Shown: positions 37,515 to 50,786, counted from the first letter of the stretch. The stretch is 64,000 bases of DNA from Tubulanus polymorphus (GCF_964204645.1 NC_134025.1:17025101-17089100), one strand, 5' to 3'. The notes: generated by a model from the letters alone, not told the origin. Program-made: numbers and translations.

Positions 37515-40431
37515 ATGAGGCCCTAATCAACGATAACACTGAATTCGACCCGCTGATTCTTTAGGAAGCTGATTATGACTATGAGGCTTAATTTGCGGTT
37601 TCGGGTCCTTCGGTTTAACATGGCTTGGTCTAGCGTTTCGAAACCCGATTGACTACAGGGTTTGACCCAGATATCTCTTTCATGTTCTCCTCTGCAGTTT
37701 TTAAGGACCTAGCTATCTCCACTGCTTTAGCGAATGTAAGCGCATCTGATTCCGACAACAGGCGACGCTGAATGCGTTCGTCATTCACCCCGATTACAAA
37801 ACGATCACGTAACATCATCGGCAGTTCAGGCCCATATTTGCATTTGTCAGCCAGCCCTTTCAAGTCTGCTACAAATTGCGAAACAGTGCCAGATTTCCGG
37901 TTCCTGAAATTCGCTGAAATACTGAAACGCTGAAAATAAAACACTGAAATTTCAGGGAATTCCCGAAAAACGCTGAAATTGTGCTAGGAACCGACGATAC
38001 ACGTTTTGAAAATTTTTCCTGGCCCGTCTGCTGCTGGGTCCTAAACCGTGCTTTAGTCTTTACCGAATTTTTTCGGGTTATAGAGATACGCCCACAAGGC
38101 CGTTGTCTTCGGCTCCCTTCAACATCTTATTTTCAACTGGCATCAGACCACAATTAATAGGTTAGTAGCTTGAAGATGCGTATAGCCGGACCATAGAAGC
38201 TAGAGTGAAGAAGAGGTCCCCCATAAATATTGCTATAATTTCGGCAAATGAGATAGAGGTCTGAGCTCAACTTTTTTTTCGATTGATGGAGGACCTCATT
38301 TCCTTGACATGAGTCGGAATCTTCAGTTAAATCAGGAGGAACAATAATTGTTCAGGACACACTGTATAACATGATACTTGCTAGCCAAAAATTAGTTCAT
38401 CAAAACTGCATCAGTTCCAAAAACTACCATCATGCTTCCCAAAAATAGAAAATAGATAAATAATATTTTACTTTCATTTGTCTGTGCATCATGATATAAA
38501 TTGTTGTTATTGTTTAATGTACATGTATGTACCCGTATGAGCTAACAATGAAGTTTTCACTTCATTTGAATAAATTCTTAACTACAGTAATTCTAATTCT
38601 CAATTTTTTTTATTATTGTTTGGTTATTCCTTGCAACTTCTCGTTTCCACGTTTCATACAAGAAGTAGTTGAATGAAAGTACAGTTAGGCTGAACCTGAC
38701 AACCCATAATAAGTGCTAGCATCGAGATTTGATTATTTCGATTTTATTTTCGGTGTCATTGAAATTCGTAAATAAAGGTTCAATTGTCATTGTACTTAGC
38801 ATAGCTTAGATTGGGTTTCATATTTCTACATTTTCTACAAGGAGGCCTTAAAGGGTCGTCCCCGGGTAGAGGTCAAAACTTGGTTTACATTCTCAAGTTG
38901 CTGGAGACTACCATCTGCATTCATACCTCGATTGGTCTGGCCTATGAGAGTCGAACAACATTTTCCCATACACAGGCTTTAGTGTAGATGAAGGCTAGGC
39001 ACTGCACATTGTGGATTAACTGGAACTCTAAACTCTCAAAATGAAACGAGTCAACAAGAAAGATCCAATAATTGAACGTTTATCTAACTATATTAATTAA
39101 AAGCTTAAGAGATTTACATTATACATTATACACAAAAGAAATCAGTTCTACATTTTATCCGAATCAAGCGTTAAAGCCACAGATTCGCTTAGCATGGGCT
39201 TGAATTCTGGTCCCATTGCTTCGTATTCTATTGAAATCCCCTTTGTTACCTCGGAATATCGCTTAGCTTTTAAAGACTACAAATTAGGTCCCAGGAAAAC
39301 CAAGTAAAGCGGGGTACTACTGTACATCAGCTGTTGACTTATTTTTCTCTGGTTGAATCAAGTTATTACTGAATGAAATATAATCACTGCTGCTACAAGA
39401 AGTCTTTTCTCGGTATCTGTATGTCCATTAGCAAATCAACTTGGTCCATGATTCCTCCTTTTATAGATAGTCGAAAAATAAGAATTGTTACATTTTTCTA
39501 ACAGATGCTATGTCATTTCTTTAAAAAACCTGATGATTTTCTCACCACAGCAAATAAATTATTCGCAATTGTTAAATCCATTCCATGTGCACAATGAATT
39601 AAAAAGAAATCAAGTAAAATCTCTTTTGTCCAAAAGCCGCATCATCATTATAACTAGCTATCAAATTTAACTTACCTCAAGTCTCCAACAGAGAATACCA
39701 CAGTTGCCTATAGTCATGCCTGACGTGTTGACAAAAGAAAAGTGGTTCTCATAATCATATTTTATATACATTGAAATGTTCAAATAAGATTTTTTCGTCT
39801 TGTAGAAGTAAACCACATTCTTGGAATATTCAGCATAGTGTTAAAAGTTGGCTTGTGCGGTTGTGATAGGGTTTTGATACTCCATACATACTGTTTATGC
39901 ATGTCTCTATAACCAAAAATTAGGTAGAGACTAAAGCAAAGGTTCAGGATTCGGCAGCGGTCCCGGCCCGGAAAAAAAATGGAAACGTGTATTGTCGGTT
40001 CCTAGCACAATTTCAGCGTTTTTCGTGAATTCCCTGAAATTTCAGCTTTTTTCGGAAATTCCCTGAAATTTCAGCGTTTTCTTTTCAGCGTTTCAGTGTT
40101 TCAGCTTTTTCAGCGAAGTTCAGGAACCGCTGGATTTCTCCCTGACTAGCGAGTTAAATTTAAACCTGGCCAGGATAGCACTCATTTGCGGCTTTTTATG
40201 GTCTTTCACCAATTTAACTAGATCTGCATAGGTCTTATCACTGGGTTTGGTTGGTGCAATTAAGCTACTGATGCGTGAATATGTCGCCGATCCACAAACA
40301 GTGAGCCGAACAGCTCGCTTCCGGTCCTCCTCTTCCAAGGCATTGGCTACAAAATACTGTTCTAGCCGGTCGGTGAAATTCTCCCAGTCATCTGACTCAA
40401 CATATTTGGAACATGAACCAATAAGACTCAT
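37515..40431 (-). pseudogene. gag N-terminal region split by Mutator-like element B
   Basis: MSLIG...DWENFTDRLEQYFVAN...LVREKS|GTVSQFVADLKGLADKCKYG...LRDRFVIGV. Confidence 0.85.
37898..40129. mobile_element. Mutator-like element B, same family as A in the opposite orientation
   Basis: Same TIRs; TSD ccagatttc/ctggatttc; the internal sequence is the diverged reverse complement of A (e.g. 35365-35415 vs 38960-39015). Confidence 0.85.
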
Positions 40432-40458
40432 CTTTAAAACGTTTTCCTCGTCGCCAAG

Positions 40459-40610
40459 TGTGATGTCCGTGTGGATACAGGCGGATTTAAGGAGGACAGA
40501 TTCCTGATACTAACAATGAACAGCCATGACAATACAAAAAGCAACTTTATTATATGCGGATGTAATAATTACACAATACTTTGTTTGATGCAGCTGTGAC
40601 AAATACCACA
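40459..40610 (-). repeat. 5' LTR of the Mag-like element
   Basis: Adjacent to the PBS with a 2-nt spacer. Confidence 0.95.
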
Positions 40611-42064
40611 CTCCGAATTGAACATAACGTTTACAGGCTGTTGGTAGTCAAATCTGAGAGGCGTTTCATTTTTTGAAAAGGGGTCAAGTAATAATAATAA
40701 TCAACAGAATTACAAGAGGGTTTCTGCGAAGCAGCAGGAACCCTAAATAGTTGACTAATCAATTTGTTATATGAACAGGTCAGTATGGGTAGTTTTATCT
40801 TGAAATGCAAAGTATGACTTAAATGCAAACTTATCCCAACAGACGAAAGTAATTAAAGTACAGGTTTATATACCGGTAAGGCATAAACTATCAACAGGGT
40901 TCATAAAGACAATACAGCTTAAACAGTTCATTCACAACAGATCTTCTAGATAGAAGGAAAGTTATTTTCAGGTTTAGTTTAAATTCATAATATTGACACA
41001 CTAGATTGAGAATGTTCCAACGACGTATATCTAATCCACGATCTCCAGCTTTATCTTCAATTACCTATGACGAGTCTTGGCTTGGGATGATAAGCACCCA
41101 TACACATGGAAGTCATCGACATTTCTTGTCACAGGAGAGGTCGACAATAATTGGTAGCACTCAAAGACAGTCAATTCGATCCAGTTTATTCACAATCGAA
41201 AGCCGGTCCAAACCCCTGATTAAATCACCGAGACATTATATCCAGTGTGTAGCTACGGCTCTTAGCCTTAGAGGATCTAACAGGTTATGAAAGTGGACGT
41301 TCTATCGGCAAAAAAATGGCACAGGAAACAGGCTTCAACTTACAGACCATTTTTTTTTAAATTCACTACACGTGCATCGCTTTGTTCACAGTACAAAATG
41401 TATTTTTTTATGGTACAAAACGTCAGCTAGTTTGTCAGCGAAGTGTTGTCAACTAAGGTTTGGTAATTATATCCGACAGGTCCCACAATGACCTTAGGTC
41501 GTAACACTTGAACACGACACGGCTCACAACACGACTCCAGCCATAGTATAACCTTTATTAGCTCCGCTGTGACCGAAGGTTATCAGTCGTCTCCTGTCCA
41601 TCCGTCAACTTTTTCTTCAATTTGTTCCTAGCGCTACAGTTCTTTCGTAAAGTTCTTGACCAAACTTGGTATGAAGCTAATATGGGCCAAGGGCTAAAAA
41701 GTTATACAGCTGTTTTCCCAACTTGATCTCAACGGGTGCTTTTCGGTGGCACTTGTACAGGTCACACTTGTAAAATCTTTAAATCGCTACTAGTCTACAA
41801 TTATGGTCCGATGTTGACGAAACTTGGTATGTAGATACTATGGGCCAAGTAGTAGACAAGTATGAATTAACATCGAGATAAATATTTCTTCAGCTGGTAA
41901 AACCTGGGGTTAAAGACTCATTTACTTAACAGTGGTTCTTTAGGCCAGCCGTAGGCTGAGCCTATTACTATACAAATGCAGCGAATTTAAATGACATGGT
42001 TTCCAGAGTAAAGGCTCTTTTACTGTGCAACTGAGCATGTATTCATACAAATCATTCATTAGAG

Positions 42065-42481
42065 AATGCAAACTCGATCTGCATTGGCTTCCAATCAAAT
42101 ACCACATCCAATTTAAAATCTTGATCCTTACTTATAAATCCTTGAATGGTCAGGCCCCACGATATTTGAAATCATTAGTGCAATACAAGATCAAACAGTC
42201 AATCATTTCTAGTCATCCCTCGTGTCAATCTAGTCTCTGCGGGTCACAGGGCCTTTTCTTACTCCGCCCCTCTACTTTGGAACTCCTTACCAGATGCAAT
42301 TAAATCTAGTCCTTCTACTGATGTTTTTAAATCGCAACTTAAAACCCATTTGCTCACTAAAGCTTTTAACTAATGATGTAAATTGTTTTTTCTATCTTTA
42401 TGTTTAAATTGTGTCTTTATATTGTAAAGCCAATGAGCATATTTTATATGGATTTTAGGCTCAATAAATTATTATTATTAT
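42065..42481 (+). mobile_element. L2/CR1 LINE 3' fragment
   Basis: LHWLPIKYHIQFKILILTYKSLNGQAPRYL; aataaa plus (tta)n tail; TSD attagag at 42058-42064 and 44877-44883. Confidence 0.8.
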
Positions 42482-44866
42482 TAGGCCAGCCGTAGGCTGA
42501 GCCTATTACTATACAAATGGAGCGAATTTAAATGACATGGTTTCCACACAAAAGGCTCTTTTGCTTGCCAAGTGAGGGCATATTCGAACAAATCACGTAT
42601 TTAAGCGTAATCCATTCTCGGAATCGTAGCGAGCAGAATTTTGAAATAGGCTCTCATAAAAATGTTTTCTGCATTTTTCACGAAAATAAAATCGGGAAAA
42701 TTTCAATTTTTATCAGCCAATCAGGAAGTTGTGTCTTCCCTGTGATTGGTTTATCTAAAAATATCAGCAGCTGTTCACGTGAATTATCGTGATTTCATTA
42801 CTGGCGCTTTTGCGCATGACGTCATGTATCAACACGCGACAATACTTCCGCGTTCGCTACGTGTTCGCTGATTGGCCCATTTACTGGGAAATTCCACAGA
42901 AGCCTAATGTGGTTTGTTACAAGCGCTGTGATTGGCCCGACCCGATTCTGGCACGGCTTTAGCTTAGTGGGTTCTAATCCCTTGACGGGAGAAGATGATG
43001 GATCCTATCGATGCTATCAACAAATAAGTTACCCGGTTGGGCAGCTGCGGATATCTACCGAAAGTGTTGCGGTTCGATATTTCGAGGTTTCTTTGAATTT
43101 TGGAGTGATATTGATATCCGGTAAACACCGGCGGTAGATTGTGAAAACCCATTGCTTGATATTTGTACTACTTAATCAACGAAAAGCGTCGGGGCCGCGC
43201 CAGGAGTTTTCGCGATTCAAGTAGCTCAATAGCCTACTTCTTCGTGTTCGACAATTTTCACTCCGCCGATCTCTGACACGGCTCTGTCGCCGTCGGCGCT
43301 GTGATTGCACTATTCGTACCACCAAAATTTTTTATTTCTATATCAGGGAGGTCTGGAGAATAAAAAAGTCAAAATTTGGATATCACATAGGCCTGATTTC
43401 ATCGAATAAGTCAACCATGGTCGTTACGTTTCCGTACTTATTACCACCTAAAACCGTCTGAACAATTTTGTCACAACCAACATTTCGTTTATAGAAATCA
43501 GGTGTTCACATGAACCCGCGGTATCGTCTATTGTTTTACTTCCGGGTTTTATTTTAAGATTTAAAATCGTATTTCAAGATCGATTTCTATGAAATCTTTA
43601 GTTGATTTGGTGTTTGGGAGGAATTTTTATTTGCTCTACAGAAAATTCATCCTTGACAATTGCGCAAGGTTCGCAAAAAATTTCTTTTCCCAAATCGAGT
43701 GTATGAACTTGATATGCTAATTAGCCATGTGCTCGAATTGCAAATTCAATCAAATTTTATTCTGCCAAAAAAAATGTTAAATCCAATTCCCTTTCCGAGA
43801 GTTAATGGTATGCTGCATGGAACAAAGTTGTTTTGAGATGGGTCTTGAAGCTATTGAGTCGAGGAGATAACCATCTAGATAGTTCATGAGAGTTCCAAAG
43901 TTTTGAAGACGCTTCAAGGTAATGTCTTGATATTTGGTTTATACGTGTATCTACCCTAGACACATCTTCAGGCCAAAAACTGGCCCTGTCAGATTCAAGA
44001 TGGCCGACTGGCAGCCATTGTTGTTCGCCAAAATCAGCACTTTTTACACATTTTAGAAGTTTTCGAGGGAAATTTTGAAGACACTTTTATCAATAACCTT
44101 GATCATTCGTATGTATTTGTATCCCCCAAGGGCCCATCGGCATGAGAAAAATTGGGTCGATCGGACTCAAGATGGCCGTCCTGTGACCTTTTTTGTTCCC
44201 AAAAATGTTAATTTTGGCCTGAATTCTGAGTCCTGTAGCTTTCTAATGGTGTGCCATTTTTCATTGCAATTTGTAATGGGTATTCTTTGGAAAAGGATCT
44301 TTTATGTCCGAGAGGGTATTTTTGACCAGGCAATTATGACGCAATTGGCGGCCATCTTGGGGTCATCAGTACTCATTCATAGGTGGAAAAAAAGTTTTGC
44401 CACATCATTTTGATACTTAAGCATATTTTGCTACCATAATTAATTGGAAAGTTGTAGCTCATGACATGTTCTATGATTGAGGTGAGTTTCAAGCTCATTG
44501 GTTTTTGTTTATGGCCACCAGGGGGCGTTGAACAATACAATAACTTAGTATTTCTATATTACATTCGTACCTATGCATATTTTGCTACCACAATCAATTG
44601 GAAAGTTGTAGCTCATGACATGGTCTATGATCTTGGTGAGTTTCAAGCTCATTGGTTTTTGTATATGGCCACCAGGGGCGTTGAACAATACAATAACTTA
44701 GTATTTCTATATTACATTCGCTCCTGCTGTCTGTGTTAACACACGATTGTACTATGTAAATGACATTGAGCAGGGAGTGTATATTGATAAATATAACCCA
44801 CAGATTACATCATTTATAAAAAGCAAATCTGACAGGCTGGCCATTGTGCCCCTTGGGGCTCTTGTT
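42482..44866 (+). mobile_element. HINE-like family A variant inserted in the LINE tail, containing a family B fragment (~43908-44718)
   Basis: 5' taggccagccgtaggctgagcc; 3' ggctggcc...gccccttggggctcttgtt. Confidence 0.7.
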
Positions 44867-45242
44867 AATTATTATTATTAGAGCATTATCCATTCTCCAA
44901 ACTCTACGTAGCTGAATTTGGAAAGAGGGCCCCGTTAAAATTCATATGAGCTTTTTCGGTAATATCTGATCGCAAAAATATTGGTTTTGAAAAGCCAATC
45001 AGAAAGCAAAGACTCCTCTATGATTGGCTTAGCCGCAGAAATCAGCAGGTGTTCACGTGAACCCGCGGTATCGTCTAATGTTTTATTTCCAGGTTTTATT
45101 TTCAGATCTAAAATTGTATTTAAAGATCGATTTCTGTGAAAGCTTTAGTTGATTTGGTTTTTGGAAGGAATATTTTTATCAGCACTTACAGAAAATATCA
45201 TTGACCATTGTGCAAAGTCCGGGAAATATGGCTTTTTCTTAA

Positions 45243-46680
45243 AGGGTAACTGACACTTTTTTAAAGATTTTCTACTTTTTACACTAAACGATATATTATA
45301 GTATACAATAAGGCTAGGTGATTTCATAATTGGAAAAATCTTTTCAATCTAGTCAGAATAGATGATTTTGATGTTCGCGCACCTGTTCAGTGTATACATT
45401 GCTTCTGCTGAAGGCGTGGTACTGTGTCTATTAATAGAACTACGTCACTAAAGTAACGGCTCGGAAATGATGTCTATAGAAATGAATAGGAAATAAGCTA
45501 CAAGAGCAATTCAACTTAATTTTATACCTATTTGGCATTCGAATTGAGACAAAATGCCTCTTGATTTTGAAAGTCTACATATTAATGATTATAATTAGCT
45601 GTTGAACGGACCATATCCGTTCAAACTAAGCACAAAAGTAGGATTTGAATAGCAATCCATGGCATTTTCTAATAGACAGCAGGGAACATGGATGTTTAAA
45701 TCATCGTTTTGTAATATCATTTAGTGATAGTAAGTAAGATCATGGTTAGATCTAAGAATATTTTCACTTATGAACTGATGAAGAAACTTAGACAGAATTA
45801 GCCGCAAGAATAATTTCCAATTCTTTTCTTGAAATATACCTCGTATTGGTAGCGGCTTTGGTCACAAAATAAGAATATTTCCTCATCCATCCTATTTTAA
45901 AACTTAGAAATAATGTTTGTGAAAGATTTGTGATGTAATCTATCAACACTCTTCTGCAGCTTGTAACTTAAATCGAAAAACATTAATCCTTTGAATATTT
46001 GTTGTAAAGGCTGTAGAAATTTATGAAAGTTTTTGTAGAGTTTTGAAGTGTTAGTTTTCAAACTAGGCCTACTTAGTCTTAAATGACTTTGAAAAATAGT
46101 AAATAGTAAACGAATATGAATCTATTTATTCTTTAGCGAGATCGAAATCACATAAGACACTGTAGTATGCTTGTGGTGCTGAACTATTGGTGAACTATGG
46201 AGCAGCAGTAACAGTGCTGAGAGCTTAGCATGGTGTACTTTAAAATAGCTTCATAGCAGCGGATTGAAATCTGCATCTTCAATGATCGATTTAGCCTATT
46301 CAAATTACTCATTGATTCTTTGAAATAGGTTTGTGCAATAGACAATAGATCCTTTTACCTCCCTGGCTAGTTTCAAAGCTGTAAAACAATCTGGAATTGA
46401 GATATAACAGAAAATACACGCAGTTTCCTCAAAATTCAATGCATTTCTATAGATGCTATTTCCCAGCTCTGCCTGTAATGACGTTGCAGCGCGCACCTGC
46501 TGATTTAGCCGACGCTGAACAGTAAGCGATGTAAACAACGAAATGAGGTCAAAAATCTTGTTACAAAATCACAAATTGCGCGTTAACTAAACATTTTGGA
46601 ACAGAACGGTTGAAGATGAGTGTATAGATCAATAAGAATACATCATATTTTGAAATTTAAAAAAAAGTGTCAGTTACCCT
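45243..46680. mobile_element. Kolobok-like non-autonomous element
   Basis: TTAA|agggtaactgacactttttt ... aaaaaagtgtcagttaccct|TTAA; inverted copy at 53055-54429. Confidence 0.8.
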
Positions 46681-47039
46681 TTAAATCGGATAGATTACCT
46701 TCATATGCTAATTAGCCATGTGCTCAAACTACAAATTCAATAAAATTTTATTCTCTAAAAAAAATATCAAATCCAATTCAATTTTACTTTATTGACCAAA
46801 TAAAAACATAAAATCCAATTATCCCAATTATTGAGATAAGTTTATATTTTCTGTTAATTGTGAATATTGTGTACTTTGTATAAGTCTCCCTCCATGTACC
46901 ATAGAAATGGTTGGAATGTGAATAAAATCCTAATTCTAATCCTTGTAAAATCTTTCAATTGCTACTAGTCCTACAATCATTATCTGATCTTGACAAAGCT
47001 TGGTATGTAGATACTATGGGCCAAGCACTAAAAAGCTAT

Positions 47040-47447
47040 TGTTGCAGTCCACCAGAAAATCCACCAAACCACGGACGAATAAATTCTTCGGGAAATTATC
47101 AAACGGATTTATTCCATTCTTGACATAATCGTTTGCTGTAACAAAAATATATAGAAAACCATTTTAGCCTGATTAAATAGCCTAATTTTATATATCGACA
47201 ATTAATTTCTCAGCAATAAAGTAACATAGATTCACAATTCAAACTTACAATTTTGTTTCCCATCAAACCCGTCACTCGAAGGATATATGTGAACTGCCCA
47301 GAAAATGCTATATGTTGAACCTTTATACTGCTAGATTTTCAAACTAAATGTTATGCTCTACGAGTGTGACATAATATGAACTAGACATTACGGAAACCGT
47401 ATACCAGTAAAAATCTTTGAACACAATTGTACAGTGAATTGTCAACA
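47040..47447. mobile_element. Solo LTR (TGTTG...CAACA, 5-bp TSD)
   Basis: Flanks gctat/ggtat; interrupts a repeat also seen at 41690-41720. Confidence 0.5.
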
Positions 47448-47942
47448 GGTATAGAGCCGTGTTTTGGATTTGAACTCTTGAGCATGCTGTGTAGGTGGGC
47501 CTTGTTAAACGTTATCATAAAACAGCAAAACTGTATCAGCCTTCTTTCTTTACATCTCAATTACATACTTCAGAATCACATAAAACATAGCAGGACAATG
47601 ATATTTCATTGTATGGTAATCTTATGCCCTGTTGATTTTTGGGTCCAAGGGACAAAGGTCAAGGTCACTACAGGTCATTCATGTGAATGAAACCTTGTGA
47701 ATGCGATTCAAGAAGAACCATTATACATAGGATATTACATAGTGTCATTACCCCTGGGTGCATTAATGATTTTTGGATACCAAAGATCAGGGTCACAGGG
47801 GACATAGATATGTAGTATCAGATTGCCTTGTCAGATAATTTTGTTTCATTTACCTGATGGATCTACTTTGTACTACATAGTTAAGGGAGCTCATAATTTC
47901 TAATCAAAAAGTACTGGTTCATTGATTTGGTACTCTTTTCAG

Positions 47943-48143
47943 ATTTTGGAATTGATGGCCAAACAAACATCTATGATGAACGATCGACAACTACTACTGA
48001 AGGAAGTAGAATTTCTACGCAATCAACTTCTTACTGCTAAGGAATCAAATGTCAGCAAGTGCTTTCCATTCACTGACTCCCAGAGAGAAATTCATGCTAA
48101 CATTTCAGAGATCTCCCCTATTTTTACGACTGATGATGTATGA
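47943..48143 (+). CDS. SDCCAG8: SDCCAG8-like terminal coding exon (stop TGA at 48141-48143)
   Basis: Acceptor ctcttttcag|, phase 0. ILELMAKQTSMMNDRQLLLKEVEFLRNQL... compares with human LVQLLSKQNQLLLERQSLSEEVDRLRTQL; ends ...PIFTTDDV*. Confidence 0.9.
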   Translation: MLELMAKQTSMMNDRQLLLKEVEFLRNQLLTAKESNVSKCFPFTDSQREIHANISEISPIFTTDDV

Positions 48144-48413
48144 TGGAATTTATGCGTTTTGTTATTCAACCTTGGTGAAATATTAACTATTACTTTAGTT
48201 ACTAACATGTCTATTATCTAGCTTATCTTCACATTTACAGAACTTACAATACTAAAATACCAAAAAAAGCAACAAAATACTGAATCATAACTACGGTCGA
48301 CTCTGCTGTACTTATATGTTTGGGGACCAGTAATTTTCATACAGATTAAGTGAAATATAAGTAAGGTGACTTTCAATTCCATTCGGGGCAATAACAAAAA
48401 TGGAAATAGTGGT

Positions 48414-48619
48414 TTTTTTTTTTTTTTAACACCCTCAACCCGCTAAGCGCCACGCAGGGAATTATAAGCGGGTTCGATGTTTCTTTTTCCCAATGGGGAG
48501 AGACCAGAGAAGAACCTTCGACCAAGAAACTCTGTCGCCACCAGGGTTTGAACCCATAAACCCTGGATTGACGAGACCAGTGACCGTTGGCTTAAACCAC
48601 TCGGCCACTGCGCCTCTCA
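48414..48619 (-). mobile_element. tRNA-derived SINE with poly(A) tail
   Basis: Minus-strand A box tggccgagtgg and B box ggttcaaaccc; poly(A); TSD aaatagtggt at 48404-48413 and 48620-48629. Confidence 0.85.
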
Positions 48620-49644
48620 AAATAGTGGTATTGTAGTACAGCAGTTGAAGAAAATGTAACTTAAAGTCACTTCAACTCAGTAAACCGGCTGAGACACACT
48701 ATGTAAATTATCGGCATTGATTGATTCAAAGAACCAAGAAATAATAGAACTAAATTTTTGACAAACATTTCCGAAAACTATATTTTTCATGTTATTTGTT
48801 GAACTGCAAACAGGGATCTGAGCTAGCCTTACACATAGGCCTAATTACAGCCTATTACTATACAAATGGAGCAAATTAAAATGGCATGGTCAATCACATG
48901 ACAATCATATTTGTTTCGCCATTTTGAAAATGTATATCCCTTATATGCGTTTATTAATCTAGCGTTTTGATACAATCCACCTTTTTGTCAAATAAATCTC
49001 TTAAACCCAAGTGTTGACATTAGAAATGGACTTCACCTAGATCCTTAGAAAATATGACATGTATTCAAATTTCAGCCAAAAAGATAAATGCAATTTCATG
49101 CTTGATAATGCTGTAAATCTACAGATGATATGTATATGCGCATCTTTTATACTGTTGTCTTTGAATGACCATGCATTACTTGAATATTTATATTTTTGGA
49201 TTAAGCATATTTGTTCATTCTATATTGCCAATTGCTTTGAAAAATTCATGTGATGTGAAAACACACCAGATTCTGAAAACTTATAGGTCCGCAGAATGTA
49301 GACTTTCAACAACAAGGTACCTGTATGCGATGTAACCGCTATATTTAGGTAATATTGCTTTAGATTCGATTTTATTGACACCATGACACATAATGTCCAC
49401 GGAAGATTTGTGGTCGTCCATTCTATTGTAATTTTTTATGTTCTTAAAAGAAATTTTAACAATTGAAAAAAATACCTTGTAGTCATTACGCAGGTTTATA
49501 TCAAAGTACAAAATGGGACACATTGGCAGGTTATCCAATCATTGACGATGGGGTAGTAAGGCCCTTCAAAGTTGATACCTTGTTTCTCATCTTAACCTCT
49601 TTTCTAGACATGATGAGGGCAGGGAAATTTTTTGTCTCAGAGCT

Positions 49645-50786
49645 TTTTTAGCACACTTGGGACTTAAGTCCCAGTAGGCTATTGCATTCACTTTTCATTC
49701 ATTGTAGCGTCGGTTCGTCGATCCGTACACGAAATCCAGTTATTTTGGGAAGTTTTTGGATTGTCTTCATATTTGGTTTATTCGTGTATCTATGCTAGAT
49801 ACATCTTCAGGCCAAAAATTGGCCCGATCAGAATCAAGATAGTCGACGGGTGGTCATTGTTGTTCTCCGAAATCTGCACTTCATACAATTATTTCAAGTT
49901 TTTGAGGGAAATTTTGAAGACGCTTTGATCAATTACTTTTATCTTTCGTCTATATTTGTATAGAATTTTGGCCCGAATTCTGAGTACTGTAGCTTCCTAC
50001 TGGTTTGCCATTTTTCATTGATGATTTGTTATGGGTATTCTATGGAAAGAGATCTTTGATATATCAGAAAGGTATTTTTGATCAGCCAATTATCCCGCAA
50101 TTGTCGGTCATCTTAGTGTCATCAGTACTCATTCTTAGGTGGAAAAAAGTTTTTGTGAAAAATATCAACATGTTTTAACTTAAAGTCTTGATATTTGATT
50201 ATTATTAGATACATCTCCTCACATGGAATTGGAATCACCTAATTCTGTGTTCTTGCCACCAGGGGGAGTTATTGAATAATATACAATTTTTCTATTTGTA
50301 TTGGTACCTATGCATTTGTAACCACAATCGATTGCAAAGTTGTAGCTCATAACATTTCCCATTATCGTTGTGAGTTTCAAGGTCATTGATTATCGTATCT
50401 GTTCACCGGGGGGCATTGAATAGCAGAATAACTTATTTTTTTCTCATTATATTGGTACCTTGGCATATTTTGCTACTATTATCAATTGCAAAATTGTAGC
50501 TCATGACATCTCGTGCTCATCTATGATTGTGGTGAGTTTAAGGTCATTGGGTTATGCATTGAATAGTAGAATAACTTAGTTTTTCCATATTTTCTTAGGA
50601 CCTAGGTATATTTTATCACAAGCGATCATAAAATTGTAGCGTGTGACATGTTCTATGATTGTGGTGAGTTTCAAGGTCATTGATTTTTTAACATGGTTAC
50701 GATCAGGCGTTGGACATTGAAATTGTTAGAATGTGAGTATTTGAAACCACTTCCCAAGTGGGCACGGTGTTCCTGTACCCCTAATT
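49645..50786 (+). mobile_element. HINE-like family B with degraded ~154-bp central repeats
   Basis: Same 5' and 3' ends as 57620-59031. Confidence 0.8.

Larger units (their letters stand above)
31407..40610 (-). mobile_element. Full-length but disrupted Ty3/Gypsy (Mag-like) LTR retrotransposon
   Basis: 152-bp LTRs at 31407-31558 and 40459-40610 (TG...CA, 3 differences); TSD ctcca/ctccg; PBS TGGCGACGAGG (40446-40456); PPT AAGAGGGGATAG (31559-31570); order gag with two zinc knuckles, PR, RT, RH, IN. Confidence 0.95.
41940..46830 (+). mobile_element. HINE-like family A copy carrying multi-level nested insertions
   Basis: Family A sequence runs 41940-42064, resumes 44884-45242 and again 46685 to ~46830. 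Confidence 0.7.

Noticed and set aside
46305-46538. Duplicated ORF (also 53249-53440) suggesting a conserved small gene
   Set aside because: The similarity is explained by two recent copies of one Kolobok-like element; no recognisable domain.
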